Source: Planctomycetota bacterium (GTDB lineage: Bacteria; Planctomycetota; UBA1135; GCA-002686595). Taken from it: 64,000 bases of DNA. Positions 62,092 through 64,000 of the stretch are shown here, piece by piece. Both the position numbers and the translations under genes were made by a program. The notes beneath the pieces are model-generated. The model saw nothing but the letters and a program-made list of their open reading frames with translations. It ran no database searches and had not been told where the DNA came from. Position 1 is the stretch's first letter; each line of letters begins with the position of its first letter. The DNA lies in the NCBI GenBank assembly GCA_026647215.1, contig JAPKHC010000005.1, positions 64,316 to 128,315 on the forward strand, written 5' to 3'.

Positions 62092-62838
62092 ATGCTCACC
62101 ACCTTCCAGTCTTCTCCCACGCCCGCAGGCACGCCGCTCTCGAGCGTCCTCGACATGGTCCTCTCGGGCGGTCCCGTGATGATCCCGCTGGCGCTGTGCT
62201 CGGCGATCGCGCTCACGTACGCGATCGAACGGGCGGTGCGACTGCGTGCGAGCGCCGTCGGCGTCGCGAGCCTCGAGCGCGAGCTGTTGCCGGCGCTCGC
62301 GAGCGGCGGCCTCGCGCGGGGTCTCGACGTCGTCGAGCGCGCCTCGACACCGGCGGCACGTGTGCTGCGCGTCGCGCTGAGCCACTGGAACGCGCCGTAC
62401 CTCGAGCGCGAGAAACAGACGGAAGAGGCGGGCCTGCGCGAGGTGCGCTCGCTCTCGGCCAACCTCAAGCCACTCGTCTACACCGCAATGCTCGCGCCGC
62501 TGCTCGGCTTCCTCGGCACGGTGTACGGCATGATCGTCGCGTTCTCGACGGTGGCGTCGAGCGCGAGCCTCGGGCGGCCGGAGATGCTCGCGGCCGGCAT
62601 CAGCCAGGCGCTCGTCACGACCGCGGCGGGCCTCACGATCGCGGTGCCCGCCCAGGTCCTCTACTACGTGCTGAAGTCGCGCGTCGAGCGTTTCTCGCGC
62701 GACCTCGAGGAGCTCCACGCGCGCGCCGTCGACACGCTGCGCCGCGGGATCGTCACACCGCCGCCGGCTCCGAAGCCTGAGGCCCCCGCTGCGTCGGACA
62801 GCGTCCCCACCGAACCCGTCGCCACGCAGGCGGCCTAG
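62092..62838 (+). CDS. exbB: MotA/TolQ/ExbB proton-channel protein with Pro/Ala-rich C-terminal tail
   Basis: 248 aa from the internal ATG of ORF 59995..62838. GGPVMIPLALCSAIALTYAIER, then LAPLLGFLGTVYGMIVAF and ISQALVTTAAGLTIAVPA. Tail VTPPPAPKPEAPAASDSVPTEPVATQAA. Confidence 0.85.
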   Translation: MLTTFQSSPTPAGTPLSSVLDMVLSGGPVMIPLALCSAIALTYAIERAVRLRASAVGVASLERELLPALASGGLARGLDVVERASTPAARVLRVALSHWNAPYLEREKQTEEAGLREVRSLSANLKPLVYTAMLAPLLGFLGTVYGMIVAFSTVASSASLGRPEMLAAGISQALVTTAAGLTIAVPAQVLYYVLKSRVERFSRDLEELHARAVDTLRRGIVTPPPAPKPEAPAASDSVPTEPVATQAA

Positions 62839-62847
62839 GAGCGAACG

Positions 62848-63261
62848 ATGCACCTGCGCGACGAACAGCCGCTGGACGAGCAGGCGTTGAACCTGACGTC
62901 GATGACCGACCTCGTGTTCCTGTTGCTCGTGTTCTTCCTGTGCGCGACGACGTTCCTCGATCCGGAGCGTGCGCTCGAGCTCGAGCTGCCCGCGGCGCAG
63001 AGCGGCGAACGGCGGCAGGTCGAGAGCGAAGAGCTCGTGATCAACGTCTCGCGCGAGGGATCCTTCGCGCTCGGCGGACGCACGCTCGACGCCGCGGCGT
63101 TGCAACGCGAGCTGCGCGCGGCTGCCGCACGCGATCCGCAGACCCCGATCACGATCCGCGGCGATCGCCTCGTGCACCACGAGGACATCGTCCGGGTGAT
63201 GGACGCCTGCGGTCAGGCCGGGCTCGTCAACCTCGCCGTCGGGACGCTCGAAGGTTCCTGA
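62848..63261 (+). CDS. exbD: ExbD/TolR biopolymer transport protein
   Basis: 137 aa with LNLTSMTDLVFLLLVFFL, ELELP and ITIRGDRLVHHEDIVRVMDACGQAG. Confidence 0.85.
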   Translation: MHLRDEQPLDEQALNLTSMTDLVFLLLVFFLCATTFLDPERALELELPAAQSGERRQVESEELVINVSREGSFALGGRTLDAAALQRELRAAAARDPQTPITIRGDRLVHHEDIVRVMDACGQAGLVNLAVGTLEGS

Positions 63262-63270
63262 GGGAGCACC

Positions 63271-64000
63271 GTGAAGCCCCACGCACCCAGATCGCAGGCG
63301 GCGAAGAACCTCGTGATCGCGATGGCGCTCGGCGGCGCCGCGCTGCTCGCGGCGAACCGCTGGCTCATGCCCGCGCTGTTCGACTTGCGGCCGATCCGCG
63401 ACGGTTCCGCGAGCTACGCGGACGACGACGCGCGCCTGCGGCTCGCCGCGTGGCAGTCGCCGACTCCGCTCGCCGGTGCACTCGATACACCGCAGCACGA
63501 GTCGCACGTGCGCACGTCGCCCGACGGCCGCTGGGTCGCGTTCAGCGCCGGAGAAGTGGGCAGCGGCGAGCTCTTCCTCGCCGAGCTCGTCGCCGGTGTC
63601 CCGACGGCGCCGCGTGCGCTCGTTGAGCTCAACTCCGCCGCCGACGACGTCGCCCCGGCGTGGGGCCCGGACGGCCTGTACTTCGCGTCGGACCGTGCCG
63701 ACGGCGCCGGAGGTTTCGACCTGTACCGCGCGGGCTTCGACGGCGCGTTCTTCGGTGCGGTCGAGCCCGTGGCCGGCGTGAACACGGCCGCGGCAGAGAC
63801 GGAACCGGCGCCGGGCCACGGCGAGCTGTACTTCGCGAGCGATCGCGGTGGCGCGGGTTTCGACCTGTACGTGGCGAGCGCGGGTGCGACGACTCTCGTG
63901 ACCGAGCTCTCGAGTGCCGCGAACGAACGCGACCCGTTCGTCACGCCCGATGGACGCACGCTGTACCTCTCGTCCGATCGCCACCTCGGCGGCGGCGACT
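63271..64000 (+). CDS. membrane-anchored TolB-like (PD40 beta-propeller repeat) protein, 3'-truncated by the window edge
   Basis: This frame stays open to the window end, so it is absent from the ORF track. GTG at 63271, 9 nt after the exbD stop. Anchor NLVIAMALGGAALLAANRWLM. PD40-like units SPDGRWVAFSA, PAWGPDGLYFASDR...GGFDLY, GHGELYFASDRGGAGFDLY and FVTPDGRTLYLSSDR. Confidence 0.55.
   Translation, partial: MKPHAPRSQAAKNLVIAMALGGAALLAANRWLMPALFDLRPIRDGSASYADDDARLRLAAWQSPTPLAGALDTPQHESHVRTSPDGRWVAFSAGEVGSGELFLAELVAGVPTAPRALVELNSAADDVAPAWGPDGLYFASDRADGAGGFDLYRAGFDGAFFGAVEPVAGVNTAAAETEPAPGHGELYFASDRGGAGFDLYVASAGATTLVTELSSAANERDPFVTPDGRTLYLSSDRHLGGGD

Noticed and set aside
58893-62468. 1191-aa minus-strand ORF
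   Set aside because: It is antisense to the TPR-protein gene and the exbB start. It has Arg/Glu/Ala/Leu low-complexity composition mirroring the TPR codons, and no signal or motif.

Overview
High-GC (roughly 65-75% by eye), densely coding chromosomal segment from a didermic bacterium. It contains many lipoproteins, Tol/Exb parts and pseudopilins. The gene content resembles Planctomycetota or Myxococcota, but I cannot assign taxonomy from sequence alone. I support about 46 protein-coding genes. I saw no rRNA, tRNA, CRISPR array, transposase or integrase. Because of the GC content, nearly every real gene is shadowed by long Arg/Ala/Gly/Pro-rich antisense or out-of-frame ORFs. I called genes by recognisable protein motifs, signal peptides or lipoboxes, and start-codon context, and I trimmed many track ORFs to internal starts.

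Recognisable content, in order:
- had-bamA pair of the benzoyl-CoA ring-cleavage pathway
- divergent GT-C/YfhO membrane glycosyltransferase pair
- furA-like regulator with a lipoprotein KatG
- Na+/H+ antiporter-like protein
- DUF2892, ECF sigma and RsrA-like ZAS anti-sigma operon
- ApaG
- giant metzincin with about 21 thrombospondin type-3 repeats
- ECF sigma with a Ser/Thr kinase carrying WD40 repeats
- GH43, DinB, LysC, ArsR with SRPBCC, GH2
- orphan 923-aa lipoprotein
- minor-pseudopilin operon with a HEAT protein
- HAMP, CHASE4 histidine kinase and REC-pseudokinase module
- degenerate GGDEF-EAL protein
- PPOX-like flavoprotein
- TPR, ExbB/TolQ, ExbD/TolR and TolB-like cluster that runs off the right edge

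The most interesting signal is a conserved C-terminal module of about 125-140 aa. It contains conserved Cys residues and always ends in Pro. It terminates four otherwise unrelated secreted proteins (ends at 8907, 12476, 19023 and 30209) and looks like a candidate sorting or attachment domain that I cannot place in any family I know.

Secondary signals:
- two tandemly duplicated pairs of membrane-anchored beta-sandwich proteins
- two adjacent perfect 12-bp palindromes (CTACC-NN-GGTAG) in front of the Tol-like operon
- a response-regulator/kinase hybrid lacking its phosphoacceptor His
- a pseudopilin operon without major pilin, ATPase or secretin

All family assignments come from motif recognition by eye. 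No database search was run.
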